A stretch of 64,000 nt of DNA from Bacteroidales bacterium (lineage in GTDB: Bacteria; Bacteroidota; Bacteroidia; Bacteroidales; JAUNSR01): contig JAVVQG010000003.1 of the NCBI GenBank assembly GCA_036655355.1, positions 206,770-270,769 on the forward strand. The letters run 5' to 3'. The notes beneath the pieces are model-generated. The model was given only the letters and a program-made list of their open reading frames with translations. It did no database searches and was not told where the DNA came from. This document shows positions 19,360 to 30,209 of this stretch, in pieces (the stretch's first letter is position 1; the number at the start of each line of letters is the position of its first letter). Both the position numbers and the translations under genes were made by a program.

Positions 19360-20628
19360 TTACAGGTCGAAACCGATATCCGAACGGAAATATTTTCCTT
19401 CGAATTCTAGCGCACGGGCATTTTTGAAAGAGTTCGCCAACGCTTCCTCTTTGTTTGCACCGTAAGAGCTTACTGCGATCACGCGCCCACCGTTGGTAAC
19501 GATATCGCCCGCTTTGTCAGTCGTTCCGGCATGGAACAAAATGCTATCTTCCACTTTTTCGAATCCGGTGATCACTTTCCCTTTCTCATAATCGCCCGGA
19601 TAACCTCCGGATACAAGCATCACGGTTACTGCCGCACGCGGATCTTCTTCCAATACGCGTGTTTCCAGATTACCTTCCGCTACACCTTCCAACAACTCCA
19701 CGAAATCCGATTTGATACGCAACATCACCACTTCCGTTTCCGGATCGCCCATGCGTACGTTGTATTCGATGGTCATCGGTTCTCCTTTTACGCGGATCAA
19801 TCCAAGGAAGATGAATCCTTTGTATTCGATATTTTCCGCTTTCAAACCTTTTACGGTTGGAATCACGATGCGTTCCTCCACTTTTTTCATGAACGCTTCG
19901 TCTGCGAACGGAACGGGAGAAACCGCACCCATACCGCCTGTATTCAGACCCGTATCGCCTTCGCCGATACGTTTGTAGTCTTTTGCCACCGGAAGGATTT
20001 TGTATGAATCGCCGTCTGTCAAGACAAATACCGAGCACTCGATACCGTCAAGGAACTCCTCGATCACCACTGTTTTACTTGCATCGCCAAACATTCCGTC
20101 GAGCATTCCCGCCAACTCTTTTTTCGCTTCTTCAAGTGTAGGGATAATCAAAACGCCTTTTCCGGCAGCCAAACCGTCGGCTTTCAATACATACGGCGCT
20201 TCCAATGATTCCAGGAATTTGTATCCCTCCTCAAGTGTTTCCGCTGTAAAGCTTGCGTAGGCAGCGGTCGGGATGTTGTGGCGCATCATGAACGCCTTTG
20301 CAAAATCTTTGCTTCCTTCCAACTGAGCACCCAACTTAGACGGACCGATCACCGGGATGTGTTTCAATTCGGCATCGTTTTTAAAGAAGTCATAAACTCC
20401 TTTCACAAGAGGATCTTCAGGACCAACCACAACCATTCCGATTGCATTGGCCAAGGCAAATTCCTTCAGCTTTGGGAAATCTGACGCTGAGATGTTTACG
20501 TTCTCGCCAACCTGAGAGGTTCCGGCATTTCCGGGTGCGATGAATAACTTGTCTGTTTTTTTACTTTGTCTGATTTTCCAGGCAAGGGCGTTTTCACGTC
20601 CCCCTGAGCCTAATAGCAGGATGTTCAT
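19360..20628 (-). CDS. purD: Phosphoribosylamine--glycine ligase
   Basis: [41 protein letters not shown] and TNGGRV. Confidence 0.99.
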   Translation of the reverse strand: MNILLLGSGGRENALAWKIRQSKKTDKLFIAPGNAGTSQVGENVNISASDFPKLKEFALANAIGMVVVGPEDPLVKGVYDFFKNDAELKHIPVIGPSKLGAQLEGSKDFAKAFMMRHNIPTAAYASFTAETLEEGYKFLESLEAPYVLKADGLAAGKGVLIIPTLEEAKKELAGMLDGMFGDASKTVVIEEFLDGIECSVFVLTDGDSYKILPVAKDYKRIGEGDTGLNTGGMGAVSPVPFADEAFMKKVEERIVIPTVKGLKAENIEYKGFIFLGLIRVKGEPMTIEYNVRMGDPETEVVMLRIKSDFVELLEGVAEGNLETRVLEEDPRAAVTVMLVSGGYPGDYEKGKVITGFEKVEDSILFHAGTTDKAGDIVTNGGRVIAVSSYGANKEEALANSFKNARALEFEGKYFRSDIGFDL

Positions 20629-20664
20629 TTATAGAAAGAATTTAGGTGAAATGTTCTTAGTTTG

Positions 20665-22845
20665 TTACAGGTAATCCTCGAAATAGCGGGTGATCTTCTC
20701 ATGAAGATGCACACGGTCTTCGCCACGTACATTGTGTTCGTGACCAGGATAGATGAAATAATCGGGATACACGCGTTTCTCTACGCTTTTCTGAAGGAAC
20801 AGCAGCGAGTGTTGCATCACCACCACCGGGTCCATGTCGCCATGGATCATCAGCAGTCTACCCTGCAGGTTCTCAGCCTTATTGAGAAGGTTGCTATATT
20901 CGTAACCCGCTTTATTTTTATCAGGATGCCCCATGTAGCGTTCGCCGTACATCACTTCGTATAGTTTCCAGTCGATTACGGGACCGCCCGCTACGCCGAC
21001 TTTGAATGTTTCGGGGTAGGTGAGCATCATGTATGTGGTCATAAATCCGCCGTAGCTCCAACCGTGGATACCGATTCGGTTTGCATCCACCCACGGGTGT
21101 GATTTGAGGAATTCGATTCCTTTCATCTGATCCTTACCCTCTTGTTCGCCCAGTTTACCATGGATCGCCTGTTCAAAATCTGCTCCGCGATAATCTGTTC
21201 CGCGTCCGTCAATGGTGAAGATCACATATCCTTTCTGAGCCATATAGATGTCCCAGCCGCGAATACCTCCCTGCCAGTTGTCCGTTACCATCTGACTGTG
21301 TGGTCCGTTGTAGAGGTAAACGATCACGGGATATTTGCGTGCGGGGTCAAAGTTCACGGGTTTCGTCAAGCGGTAATACAGGTCGCTTTTTCCGTCGGCG
21401 CTTTTCAGCGAGCCCAATTCGATCTCGGGCATCGCATATTCCGCGTAAGGATCTGCTGCTTCGAGCAGCGTGAATCCTTTTTGGTTCGCCACTTTAACCA
21501 ATTCTGCCTTTCCGGGGTTCTTCAACGAGGTGTAATGATCGTAGAAAGCGGTACCCGAAGCGTTCAAGCGGGTATAATGCGTACCCCCTTCACGGGTCAG
21601 ACGCGTTCTTTTTCCGCTTTTTACATTTACACGGTAAAGTTGCTGACCAATCGGGTTCCCCTCATTCGAGACGTAGAAGATGTTTTCTCCTTTGTCGTCA
21701 ATCTTCACCACATCCTTCACCACCCATTCACCGGAAGTAAGCTGTTTTAGCTGTTTTCCGTTCATGTCATACAGGTAGATGTGTTTGAAGCCGTCGCGGT
21801 CGCTCAGCCAGATGAATTGTTTTCCGGTTTCATTCAGAAACTGTGCCGGATGTTCCGGTTCCACATATTTATCAGAAGTTTCGGTGATCAGGGTTTTGAT
21901 AAAATCGCCTGTTGCCGCGTCGTACGCATTCAGATCCATCTTATTCTGATCGCGGTTCAGTTCTGCAATCAGGATCTGTTTCTGATCCGGCGTCCAAGCG
22001 ATGTTGGTAAGGTAGTCATCTTTCGGTTCTTTTTCAGAACGGTTCATCGTAGCTCCCGTCTTGAGGTAGACGGTTTTATCGTTTTTCAGGTCATAAACAC
22101 CAAGGGTCACCTCGTGGCTTTTCAAGCCGGCCATCGGGTACTTGATGTTCTGCAGTTCCCCTTGACGGGCAAGCACGTTCACCAGCGGATACGTTTTCAC
22201 CATGGTTTCGTCCATGCGGTAAAATGCCAGTTTGTCTCCTTTCGGCGACCAGAATGTTCCTTTGTGGATTCCGAATTCATTGCGATGTACGGATTGTCCC
22301 CATACGATATCCCCCGGATCGTTGGTAGAAACCTCTTTTCGGTTCCCTCCGCGGTCGATTATGAATAAGCGGGAGCCGTTGTTTACGGCTATCGCGCTAC
22401 GCGTTGCATTAAAATCGAAGCTATTGTCTCCTGCTTCATAAGGGATCGTTTCCACAATTTCGTTTTTGGCGAAGTCATAGCTGAGCGCTTTCTGCTCTGC
22501 GAAGAAATAAGCTACGGTTTGTGTCTGATCTTTGGCGTACGAAAATGCCGGAAGACCCTTTAATGGTTTCATTCCTTGTTTTTCGAGCGCTTTGTTGAGG
22601 TTTTCCAGGGTAATGATCGGCAGGTCGGCACTGCGTAGGGCTCTCGGATCGCTCAAGATCGAATCGCCTTTCTGGTACACGAATGTATCGCCCCAAAAGG
22701 AGGTCCCTTTCAGACTTTCCGGACGAAACTGACCGGATGTTTTTCCTCCGGGAATCAGGTCGTCAAGTGTGAACGACTTTTTTTCTGCATTAGCTGTCAT
22801 GATTCCGGCAATAGATAAAATAAACAATGATTTGATGAATCTCAT
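20665..22845 (-). CDS. S9B family peptidase (prolyl tripeptidyl-peptidase/DPP IV-like), secreted
   Basis: Signal peptide; VHRNEFGI, YNGPHSQ, catalytic GWSYGG, HGDMDPVV and HEHNV. Confidence 0.93.
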   Translation of the reverse strand: MRFIKSLFILSIAGIMTANAEKKSFTLDDLIPGGKTSGQFRPESLKGTSFWGDTFVYQKGDSILSDPRALRSADLPIITLENLNKALEKQGMKPLKGLPAFSYAKDQTQTVAYFFAEQKALSYDFAKNEIVETIPYEAGDNSFDFNATRSAIAVNNGSRLFIIDRGGNRKEVSTNDPGDIVWGQSVHRNEFGIHKGTFWSPKGDKLAFYRMDETMVKTYPLVNVLARQGELQNIKYPMAGLKSHEVTLGVYDLKNDKTVYLKTGATMNRSEKEPKDDYLTNIAWTPDQKQILIAELNRDQNKMDLNAYDAATGDFIKTLITETSDKYVEPEHPAQFLNETGKQFIWLSDRDGFKHIYLYDMNGKQLKQLTSGEWVVKDVVKIDDKGENIFYVSNEGNPIGQQLYRVNVKSGKRTRLTREGGTHYTRLNASGTAFYDHYTSLKNPGKAELVKVANQKGFTLLEAADPYAEYAMPEIELGSLKSADGKSDLYYRLTKPVNFDPARKYPVIVYLYNGPHSQMVTDNWQGGIRGWDIYMAQKGYVIFTIDGRGTDYRGADFEQAIHGKLGEQEGKDQMKGIEFLKSHPWVDANRIGIHGWSYGGFMTTYMMLTYPETFKVGVAGGPVIDWKLYEVMYGERYMGHPDKNKAGYEYSNLLNKAENLQGRLLMIHGDMDPVVVMQHSLLFLQKSVEKRVYPDYFIYPGHEHNVRGEDRVHLHEKITRYFEDYL

Positions 22846-22943
22846 CGGACTTATTCTTTAATAGGTTACCAGGTCCACCTTGATTAATCGCCGATTTCAA
22901 CGATTCAGTGGAGTTATGAAGGTGAAAATAGAAGTTTTCGGGT

Positions 22944-22951
22944 CAAAGATA
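22944..22951 (-). promoter_or_regulatory. -7 promoter element TATCTTTG for the peptidase-purD unit
   Basis: Matches TAnnTTTG in the intergenic gap. Confidence 0.55.
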
Positions 22952-22963
22952 ACGCACTTTTTA

Positions 22964-23011
22964 TAAAAAAAGAAAATGTCCCGGAAGAGCAGACGCTTCT
23001 CCGAGACATTT
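22964..23011 (-). terminator. Intrinsic terminator after the THUMP methyltransferase
   Basis: AAATGTCCCGGA...TCCGAGACATTT stem next to an A-tract on the plus strand. Confidence 0.6.
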
Positions 23012-23021
23012 CATCTCTATT

Positions 23022-24839
23022 TTAATCTTCATTCTTTTCCGCAGAACGATTCTCCTTTGACGGATTCTCTTCACGTCCCGGGATGTACATTTTACGGTTT
23101 GGATTGAAGGTACGTTCTCCACGTGGTTTGAACACACCGTCTTCGCGCAATTCCAGTTTACCTTCAGCATTACGGCGGAAGTTACCTGATTTGTCATACG
23201 TACGGCGCGGACGCTCTTCGAAATCACCTTCGCGACGTTCGCCTCTTTCCGGACGGTCGAATTTCTTGAAGGTGCTTTCACGACGGCTTGATGAACCTTC
23301 GCGACGTGCAAAACCGCCTTCGCGACGTTCTCCCTCTACGCGAGGTCTGAAACCGCCTTCACGACGCTCTCCCTCTACGCGAGGTCTGAAACCGCCCTCT
23401 CTGCGCTCTCCGTCACGACGTTCGAATCCGCCTTCACGACGTTCGAAACCATTGTCACGGCGTGCACCGGTAGATCTCGGACCGCTTCCGAAGCTTTTTC
23501 TGTCGCCACGATTACCTGCGGATGCCGGTCTTCTGTCGCGGTTTGCAGCTCCCACCGATTTTTTCTCACCGGTAAAGCGCTCTTTGCGGAGTTCTTTTTT
23601 CGTTCTTGTTTCACCTTCAAGGTCCAGTTCAAGACGTTCTTTCTTAAACTCACCCCCTTCGGATTTGAAATCTTTCAATTTTCCTTCGAAGATCTCATAT
23701 TTGCGGAACTGGCAATCCAGACCACCGTTCATCAGGTCGAATTTCTCAGACGGTTTAAGTCCGATTTTCTCGAAGCACTCTTCGCGGTAGCTCAGAATCC
23801 ACGCATCGTATCCTTTGAATACGTGTTTAAGTCCGGTTCCGATCATTTCATACAGGCTTAGGATATCTTTCGATGAGATACGCTCTCCGTAAGGAGGGTT
23901 CATCACCAGAATCGCATTTTCCGGAGCTTGTGTATATTGTTGGAACGGTAATGTTTTCAACGTCACATAACGTGAAAGACCTGCAGATTTCAGGTTCTCT
24001 TCAGCGATTTTGATCGCTTTCGGAGAGATATCCGATCCGTAAATTTTGTGTTCGAATTCTTTTTCGTTTGATTCGTCGTTGTACAATTTATCGAACAACT
24101 CCTCATCGTAATCCGCCCATTTCTCGAAACCGAATCCCTGGCGGTAGATACCCGCAGGCGTATTGGTTGCGATCATAGCCGCTTCGATCAGCAAAGTACC
24201 TGAACCACACATCGGATCCACGAAATTCTTTTCGCCTCTCCAACCTGTTTTCAGGATCATACCCGCTGCCAACACTTCATTCAATGGAGCTTCCGTCTGT
24301 TCAACACGGTATCCGCGTTTGTGAAGCGATTCACCCGAAGAGTCCAATGATAGGGTACACGTATGTGCCGCGATGTGAAGGTTCAATGCAAGGTCTGCAT
24401 TGGTTAGGCGCACAGAGGGACGTTTCCCGGTTTTTTCCTGGAAATAATCCGCGATCGCATCTTTCGCGCGGTACGTCACGAATTTCGAGTGGCGGAAATT
24501 ATCCGAGAAAACCACTGAGTCGATTGAGAAAGTTTGTTCCGGTTTGATATAATCTTCCCATTTGATCGATTTGATACGGTCGTAAACCTCATCTGTATTC
24601 GAAGCCATGAACGTAGCGATCGGTTTTAGGATGCGAAGCGCCGTACGCAGGTGTAGGTTCGCTTTGTACATCATCTCTTTGTCGCCGATGAACGAAACCA
24701 TACGTTTGCCGATTTCCACTTCTTCGCCTCCAAGGGCGATTATTTCTTGAGCCAGTACGTCTTCCAGTCCCTGGAACGTTTTGGCGATCATTTCAAATTT
24801 TTCAGTATTCACCTCTAATTCTTTTTCTTTTGGGGACAC
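23022..24839 (-). CDS. THUMP-domain RNA methyltransferase (RlmL-like) with long Arg/Glu/Gly-rich C-terminal tail
   Basis: AKTFQGLE, SLDSSGESLHKRGYR, APLNEVLAA, DPMCGSGTLLIEAA and NPPYGER. Start may be GTG 24839, GTG 24812 or ATG 24791. Confidence 0.92.
   Translation of the reverse strand: MSPKEKELEVNTEKFEMIAKTFQGLEDVLAQEIIALGGEEVEIGKRMVSFIGDKEMMYKANLHLRTALRILKPIATFMASNTDEVYDRIKSIKWEDYIKPEQTFSIDSVVFSDNFRHSKFVTYRAKDAIADYFQEKTGKRPSVRLTNADLALNLHIAAHTCTLSLDSSGESLHKRGYRVEQTEAPLNEVLAAGMILKTGWRGEKNFVDPMCGSGTLLIEAAMIATNTPAGIYRQGFGFEKWADYDEELFDKLYNDESNEKEFEHKIYGSDISPKAIKIAEENLKSAGLSRYVTLKTLPFQQYTQAPENAILVMNPPYGERISSKDILSLYEMIGTGLKHVFKGYDAWILSYREECFEKIGLKPSEKFDLMNGGLDCQFRKYEIFEGKLKDFKSEGGEFKKERLELDLEGETRTKKELRKERFTGEKKSVGAANRDRRPASAGNRGDRKSFGSGPRSTGARRDNGFERREGGFERRDGERREGGFRPRVEGERREGGFRPRVEGERREGGFARREGSSSRRESTFKKFDRPERGERREGDFEERPRRTYDKSGNFRRNAEGKLELREDGVFKPRGERTFNPNRKMYIPGREENPSKENRSAEKNED
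23311..23410. repeat. 39-bp coding tandem repeat (about 2.5 copies)
   Basis: 23311-23349 and 23350-23388 differ at only two synonymous positions and encode RPRVEGERREGGF. Confidence 0.9.
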
Positions 24840-24911
24840 ACTCCCCGTGATTTATTTCAGTCTTGTATTTTTGGAAGGAGTACTCCGGTTTCCCGAAGCG
24901 TTTTCCCGCTA

Positions 24912-25841
24912 CTATTTCTTTGGACGGGACTGCAGTAGACGTGCGCCGGGCGCAACATCTTCCGTAACCCAGATATTTCCGCCGATGGTGGCTCCGTCGC
25001 CGATTGTGATCCTTCCCAGGATGGTGGCGTTCGAATAGATCACCACGTTATTCCCGATGATCGGATGACGTGCGACTCCCTTGATCGGGTTACCCTTTTC
25101 ATCCAATGGGAAATTACGTGCACCCAGCGTCACGCCTTGGTAGATGGTCACGTGATCGCCTATGATCGCAGTTGCACCGATTACCACACCGGTACCGTGG
25201 TCGATCGTAAAGGATTTTCCGATTGTGGCGCCCGGATGGATGTCAATACCCGTTTCGGAATGAGCCATCTCACTGACGATGCGGGGAATCAAAGGCACTT
25301 CAAGCTGCAAAAGCTTATGTGCGATGCGGTGATTGCAGATAGCACGCAGACCGGGATAGCAGAAAATAACCTCCGCATGACTGTGCGCCGCCGGATCGTT
25401 ATTGAAAGCTGCCTCCACGTCGGTGGCCAAAATAGAACGTAGTTCGGGAAGATAGGAGATAAACTGAGAAGTCTTATCCATCGCGACTTCTCGCAAAGAA
25501 CCAAAATCATGATTGTTTTTAGGTCCATGATTTTGTCCACGATCCGCATTGCAATCGCAATCAAAGCATAAACCGGCCAGAATCTGCTCAAAAAGCAGTT
25601 CGAACAGGCGTTCGGTGTTTACACCCAGATGGTAAGGGATCGTGCTGATGTTGATAATGGATTTCCCGTAGAAACCGGGAAACAGGATGGAACGGGCTAT
25701 TGAGATGATTTCTGCAAGGATTACTCCGGATGGGAATGGCTCTCCGTCTCTGTGTTGGTGGCACAGTCCCTGATAAGAGTCTCTCTTCGAGAGTTTGTCA
25801 ACCGTTTCGGTAATGACGTGGGAGTAATTATGCAGGCCCAT
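24912..25841 (-). CDS. cysE: Serine O-acetyltransferase (CysE/EpsC type)
   Basis: DPAA...EVIFCYPG, HRIAH, ETGIDIHPGATIG..F.IDHGTGVVIG, YQGVTLGA and RHP.IG; ATG at 25841. Confidence 0.93.
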   Translation of the reverse strand: MGLHNYSHVITETVDKLSKRDSYQGLCHQHRDGEPFPSGVILAEIISIARSILFPGFYGKSIINISTIPYHLGVNTERLFELLFEQILAGLCFDCDCNADRGQNHGPKNNHDFGSLREVAMDKTSQFISYLPELRSILATDVEAAFNNDPAAHSHAEVIFCYPGLRAICNHRIAHKLLQLEVPLIPRIVSEMAHSETGIDIHPGATIGKSFTIDHGTGVVIGATAIIGDHVTIYQGVTLGARNFPLDEKGNPIKGVARHPIIGNNVVIYSNATILGRITIGDGATIGGNIWVTEDVAPGARLLQSRPKK

Positions 25842-25962
25842 ATTCTTCAATAAATTCCGTTTGTATCTAATAGAGCTGCAAATTTACGAAAGAAGTTTGA
25901 TATATAGGGCATTTCGCTCTTCCGTGTTCCCACTTTAAGGCATTATTTAGCAATGATTATTA

Positions 25963-25995
25963 AACGGGAGGATGTTTTTAAATAATCCTCCCGTT
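25963..25995. terminator. Hairpin/terminator after wbqC-like gene
   Basis: AACGGGAGGAT/ATCCTCCCGTT 11-bp stem. Confidence 0.6.
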
Positions 25996-26008
25996 CAATT
26001 TTATCTTT

Positions 26009-26647
26009 TTATTTATTCATCGAATCGCGCAGCACAAGGATGCTCTCCGGCCCCATGTTAAAGAGGAGGTCGATGATGCTCAGGTTGGGGCGAAAACCCC
26101 ATTTCTGCTCGAAAACCTGATAGTAATTCACGTCTCTATACTCCGGATCCGCCAACAGATAATCTTTCTTGGGGTGGATAATCTCGCGAAAATCCTTTCC
26201 GTCCAGTTGTTCGGAAGGAAGGTACTCCGAGGTAAAGGATACGTTCGGTTTCATATCGAGCAGGTCACAGATCATTTCGCGCAGACTCTCGTTGAAGTCA
26301 AACAGGAAATCGTATTTCTTTTCGTAAAACGGGATGAAATAATCTTCGTAATACTCATAGAAAGGGGTATTGTTGTAGGTGCTCTCGATGGCGTAGGAGT
26401 GCACCCGGCGCCAGTTGCCGTGATCTGACAATCGGATGTCGCGTGTCAGGCATTTCTCCCCCGACTTTTTCTCAATCGGCAGCGAGAGACACAGCTTTTC
26501 GTTTACCGAACCGATAAAACAGCGGTTTCGGTACGTTTGCTTCACATAATTGTCGAACGCCTCTATCTCTACCTTGTCGTAATTATACAGTTTCGAGTAA
26601 TACTCGATGGGAGCCAGATAGGCAGAGGTTAAATAACAGGTTGACAT
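26009..26647 (-). CDS. WbqC family protein
   Basis: YVKQTYRNRC, Y..TPFYEYY, YYQVF...GF.PNLSIIDLLFNMGPES; typical neighbour of lepB. Confidence 0.92.
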   Translation of the reverse strand: MSTCYLTSAYLAPIEYYSKLYNYDKVEIEAFDNYVKQTYRNRCFIGSVNEKLCLSLPIEKKSGEKCLTRDIRLSDHGNWRRVHSYAIESTYNNTPFYEYYEDYFIPFYEKKYDFLFDFNESLREMICDLLDMKPNVSFTSEYLPSEQLDGKDFREIIHPKKDYLLADPEYRDVNYYQVFEQKWGFRPNLSIIDLLFNMGPESILVLRDSMNK

Positions 26648-26664
26648 ATTTCTAATGCAGGTTT

Positions 26665-28116
26665 TTACAGATTCTTAGCGCTCATGAAGAGGCGATTGAA
26701 GCGGATGCCGCCGTTAAAGAGCGATTTATCCTTGTCGATCGATAACCATACGAAGAGCGGACTGCCCACAACATGGTCTTCGGGTACGAATCCCCACGCA
26801 CGTGAATCGGCCGAATTATCGCGGTTGTCTCCCATCATCCAGTAGTAGTTCATTTCGAATGTGTAGCTGGTGGCTTCTTTGCCGTTGATGAAGTATTTAC
26901 CGTTCTTCTCTTCGAAGGTGTTGTTCTCATAATTTTTGAAGCAACGCTCGTAGAGCGCTACATTGTCCGGATTGAGTTCGACGATCGCTCCCTTTTTAGG
27001 AATCCAGATCGGACCGTAATTGGCGCGGGTCCAGTTCTCGTTATACCCCAGCGGGTAAGTGAGTCCCCCTTCGAATCCCGGTTCCGGCACCACTTTGGTT
27101 ACGATGCTCATCTTCTTCACTTTTTCAAGTGCCTCAGCCGTAAGCGGAATGTTGTAGATCGGGTTGAACGAGCCGTTCGCGTTCGGTGTAAAGCCGAGGT
27201 ATTGCATCAACGGCATCTGTACGCCGCCGCCGTTGATCATCTGTGACGGATCACCCATATTCTGATCGTCTTTGCTGATGCCCAACTCCTCCCAGTTTTT
27301 CTCACCGAAACGTGTTCCGTTGGTTTCCACATAATAGTTCAGCTGCATCTGTTTCGGGTTCGGCAACACTTTTCCGTCGATGTAAACCTGATTATCGATG
27401 ATCTGCAACGTATCGCCGGGAAGTCCCACGCAACGTTTCACATAATTCTCACGACGGTCAACCGGTCTGTAAACCACTTTGCCGTACAGTCCCGGATTGC
27501 GGCGGATCGCCTCCGGACCGCCATAGAAATAGCTCAGCGTATAGTAGTCGGGGTTCGTGATCTTCAACGCTACCGTATCGCCGGCAGGGAAGTTGAACAC
27601 CACGATGTCGTAGCGTTTCACATCGCCGAATCCTTTCAATCGCTTGTAACCCCATTGCGGCCAGTCGAGGTACGACTTGGTATTTACCACCGGCAGCGTG
27701 TGCTGCGCCAGCGGAAAGGAGAGGGGCGTATTCGGGATACGCGGCCCGTAGCTCATCTTGCTTACGAACAGGTAATCGCCTACCAACAGCGACTTCTCAA
27801 GCGAAGAGGTTGGGATCTGGTAGTTCTGAAAGAAGAAGGTATTGATGAAATATACCGCCACCAAGGCAAATACGATCGCATCCACCCATTCCATCACTTT
27901 GCGAAAGGCTTTGTTCTTAGACTTTTTCCAGAAGGTCCACGGAATGAACTTCGTCCAGTAGATGTCGATGATGAAAGGCAATAAAATCAACAGGAAGGGG
28001 TTGCCTACCCAGATCACCCAAGCCACATACAGCACCGAAGCGATGATGCATTTCACAGTCTGGGGAGTGGTGGGTTTGCGTTTGAACCCTCTGATTTCGG
28101 TTGTATCGGTTGTCAT
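26665..28116 (-). CDS. lepB: Signal peptidase I
   Basis: IPTSSLEKSLLVGDYLFVSK (catalytic Ser), YVKRCVGLPGD (catalytic Lys) and GDNRDNSADSR.WGFVP. Confidence 0.97.
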   Translation of the reverse strand: MTTDTTEIRGFKRKPTTPQTVKCIIASVLYVAWVIWVGNPFLLILLPFIIDIYWTKFIPWTFWKKSKNKAFRKVMEWVDAIVFALVAVYFINTFFFQNYQIPTSSLEKSLLVGDYLFVSKMSYGPRIPNTPLSFPLAQHTLPVVNTKSYLDWPQWGYKRLKGFGDVKRYDIVVFNFPAGDTVALKITNPDYYTLSYFYGGPEAIRRNPGLYGKVVYRPVDRRENYVKRCVGLPGDTLQIIDNQVYIDGKVLPNPKQMQLNYYVETNGTRFGEKNWEELGISKDDQNMGDPSQMINGGGVQMPLMQYLGFTPNANGSFNPIYNIPLTAEALEKVKKMSIVTKVVPEPGFEGGLTYPLGYNENWTRANYGPIWIPKKGAIVELNPDNVALYERCFKNYENNTFEEKNGKYFINGKEATSYTFEMNYYWMMGDNRDNSADSRAWGFVPEDHVVGSPLFVWLSIDKDKSLFNGGIRFNRLFMSAKNL

Positions 28117-28126
28117 AATTCGCGTA

Positions 28127-28843
28127 TTAGATTTTCATTAAATCGGCCATCGTCAGGAACCCTTTTTTCCCTTTTACGAATTCAGCAGCTACTACGGCTC
28201 CCAGCGCAAAACCTTCGCGACTTTTCGCGTCGTGCGTCATCGAGATGGTGTCTACGTCTGATTCATAAATCACGGTATGGATTCCCGGCACTTCGTCACG
28301 ACGGAAAGCGGTGATCTCAAGTTCGTCCGCAGCAGGTTCGCGACCCTCTTCCCATTTCGTCTTGCGGTCTACATTTTCCAGAATACCTTCGGCCAGGGTG
28401 ATCGCCGTACCGCTCGGAGAATCAAGCTTGTGGATGTGGTGCACTTCCTCCATGCGAACATTGTAGGCCGGGTAGTTGTTCATAATCTTAGCGAGATATT
28501 TGTTCAGGGCGAAGAAGATATTCACGCCGATGCTGAAGTTCGAAGCATAAAAGAATGTTTTTCCATCCTGCTCGCACGCCTGCTTGATTTCAGGCATCTG
28601 ATCGAGCCACCCCGTTGTTCCGGCTACCACCGGTACATTTGCTGCGAAACATTTCCGATAGTTTTCCATCGCCGAAGCCGGCATGGAGAATTCAATGGCA
28701 ACGTCTGCACTCTTAAACGCATCCGAGTTGAAATCTTCCTGATTATCTCTGTCGATGATACTTACAATTTCATGACCACGATCGATTGCGATGCGTTCGA
28801 TGGTATGTCCCATCTTGCCATATCCGATTAATGCGATTTTCAT
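28127..28843 (-). CDS. dapB: 4-hydroxy-tetrahydrodipicolinate reductase
   Basis: IGYGKMG, GTTGW, ASNFSIGVN, EVHHIHKLDSPSGTA and FALGA. Confidence 0.97.
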   Translation of the reverse strand: MKIALIGYGKMGHTIERIAIDRGHEIVSIIDRDNQEDFNSDAFKSADVAIEFSMPASAMENYRKCFAANVPVVAGTTGWLDQMPEIKQACEQDGKTFFYASNFSIGVNIFFALNKYLAKIMNNYPAYNVRMEEVHHIHKLDSPSGTAITLAEGILENVDRKTKWEEGREPAADELEITAFRRDEVPGIHTVIYESDVDTISMTHDAKSREGFALGAVVAAEFVKGKKGFLTMADLMKI

Positions 28844-28925
28844 ATATATGATTAAATATAAATTCCTTACTATGCAAATATAAAGAAATTAGCCCAAACG
28901 CTACTTTCTACAACCAAAAAGTACC

Positions 28926-30209
28926 ATGGAACAACTGATGTATCACGTTTGGAGATACCGTTTATTCACTACCCGCTCGCTGATGACGACAGACGGGATA
29001 CCGTTTGAAGTGATTGATCCGGGATTACGCAATTCCGATTCGGGTCCTGATTTTTTCAATGCGAAATTAAAATTCGGCGATACCGTATGGGCGGGGAATC
29101 TGGAGATACATAACCGTTCTTCCGATTGGTATCATCACGGGCACCATCGGGACGAATCGTACGATAATGTGATTCTGAATGTGGTTTCCACGCACGATGC
29201 TGAAGTTTACCGTACCAATGGGGATAAGATCAGGCAGTTTGTGCTGCCGCTTTCGGAGGAGTTGCTGGATGATTACAATTACCTCACGACGAGGCCGGAG
29301 GAGACGGTGCCGTGTGCGTTTCGGTTTCGGGAGCTGGAGCCGCTCATTCTGTCCGATTGGAAGAGTGCGTTGGCTACCGAACGTTTGCTCGAGAAGGCGA
29401 ACCGCATCAAGGGGTTGGTGGACCGTTATCAGGGAAATTGGGAGGAGGCATTCTATATCGTGCTGTGTCGCAGTTTCGGCACGGGAATCAACAGCGATGC
29501 CTTTGAGCGGTTGGCTCGTTCCCTCCCTTTCAATTACCTGTTGAAGCATATCGATTCACGTTTGCAAACCGAAGCTTTTCTTTTCGGACAGGCCGGTTTC
29601 CTGGAGGAGGAAAACGACCATCCTTACTATTGTTTGTTGCAACGTGAATACCGGTTGCTGCGAACCAAGTTCCGGTTGAAACCGCTTCCGGTTACGATGT
29701 GGCGCCTTTTCCGACTCCGACCCAACGCTTTTCCGCAAGTGCGCATCGCCTGTCTGGCTTCTTTGCTGTACCGGCAGAAGCGACTCTTTTCCATTTTCAT
29801 GGAAGCGGAATCGCCCGATGCGTTGCGCATGCTTTTCCGCGTAGAGCTACATGCTTTCTGGGAAAATCATTATCAGTTCGGGCAGGTAGCTACCGAGAAG
29901 GCAAAGGGGCTCGGTTCGCAGACGGTCGATTCCATTCTGATCAATACCCTGGTGCCGATGTTGTTCGCCTATGGCGAGCGCACCTGCAACCGGATGCTTG
30001 AGGAACGGGCGGTCGCCATTCTTGAACAGATGGCGGCCGAGGATAACCGCATCGTGCGGATGTGGAAACAAACCGCAATCGGTGTGGAGAACGCCTTTGA
30101 TTCGCAAGCCGTCATTCAGCTCCAAAGGGAGTATTGCGACCGGAAGAAGTGTCTGTTCTGCCGCATCGGACATCAGTTGCTTCGTTGCAGTTTTATTTCT
30201 TCGCAGTAG
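28926..30209 (+). CDS. DUF2851 family protein
   Basis: GPDFFNA, GNLEIH..SSDW..HGH..D..Y.NVIL, RLRP.AFP..R and C-terminal YC..KKCLFCRIG. Confidence 0.88.
   Translation: MEQLMYHVWRYRLFTTRSLMTTDGIPFEVIDPGLRNSDSGPDFFNAKLKFGDTVWAGNLEIHNRSSDWYHHGHHRDESYDNVILNVVSTHDAEVYRTNGDKIRQFVLPLSEELLDDYNYLTTRPEETVPCAFRFRELEPLILSDWKSALATERLLEKANRIKGLVDRYQGNWEEAFYIVLCRSFGTGINSDAFERLARSLPFNYLLKHIDSRLQTEAFLFGQAGFLEEENDHPYYCLLQREYRLLRTKFRLKPLPVTMWRLFRLRPNAFPQVRIACLASLLYRQKRLFSIFMEAESPDALRMLFRVELHAFWENHYQFGQVATEKAKGLGSQTVDSILINTLVPMLFAYGERTCNRMLEERAVAILEQMAAEDNRIVRMWKQTAIGVENAFDSQAVIQLQREYCDRKKCLFCRIGHQLLRCSFISSQ

Noticed and set aside
22961-23790. Repetitive ORFs (235 aa plus strand; 116 aa and 92 aa minus strand)
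   Set aside because: Alternative-frame or antisense readings of the low-complexity tail of the THUMP methyltransferase.
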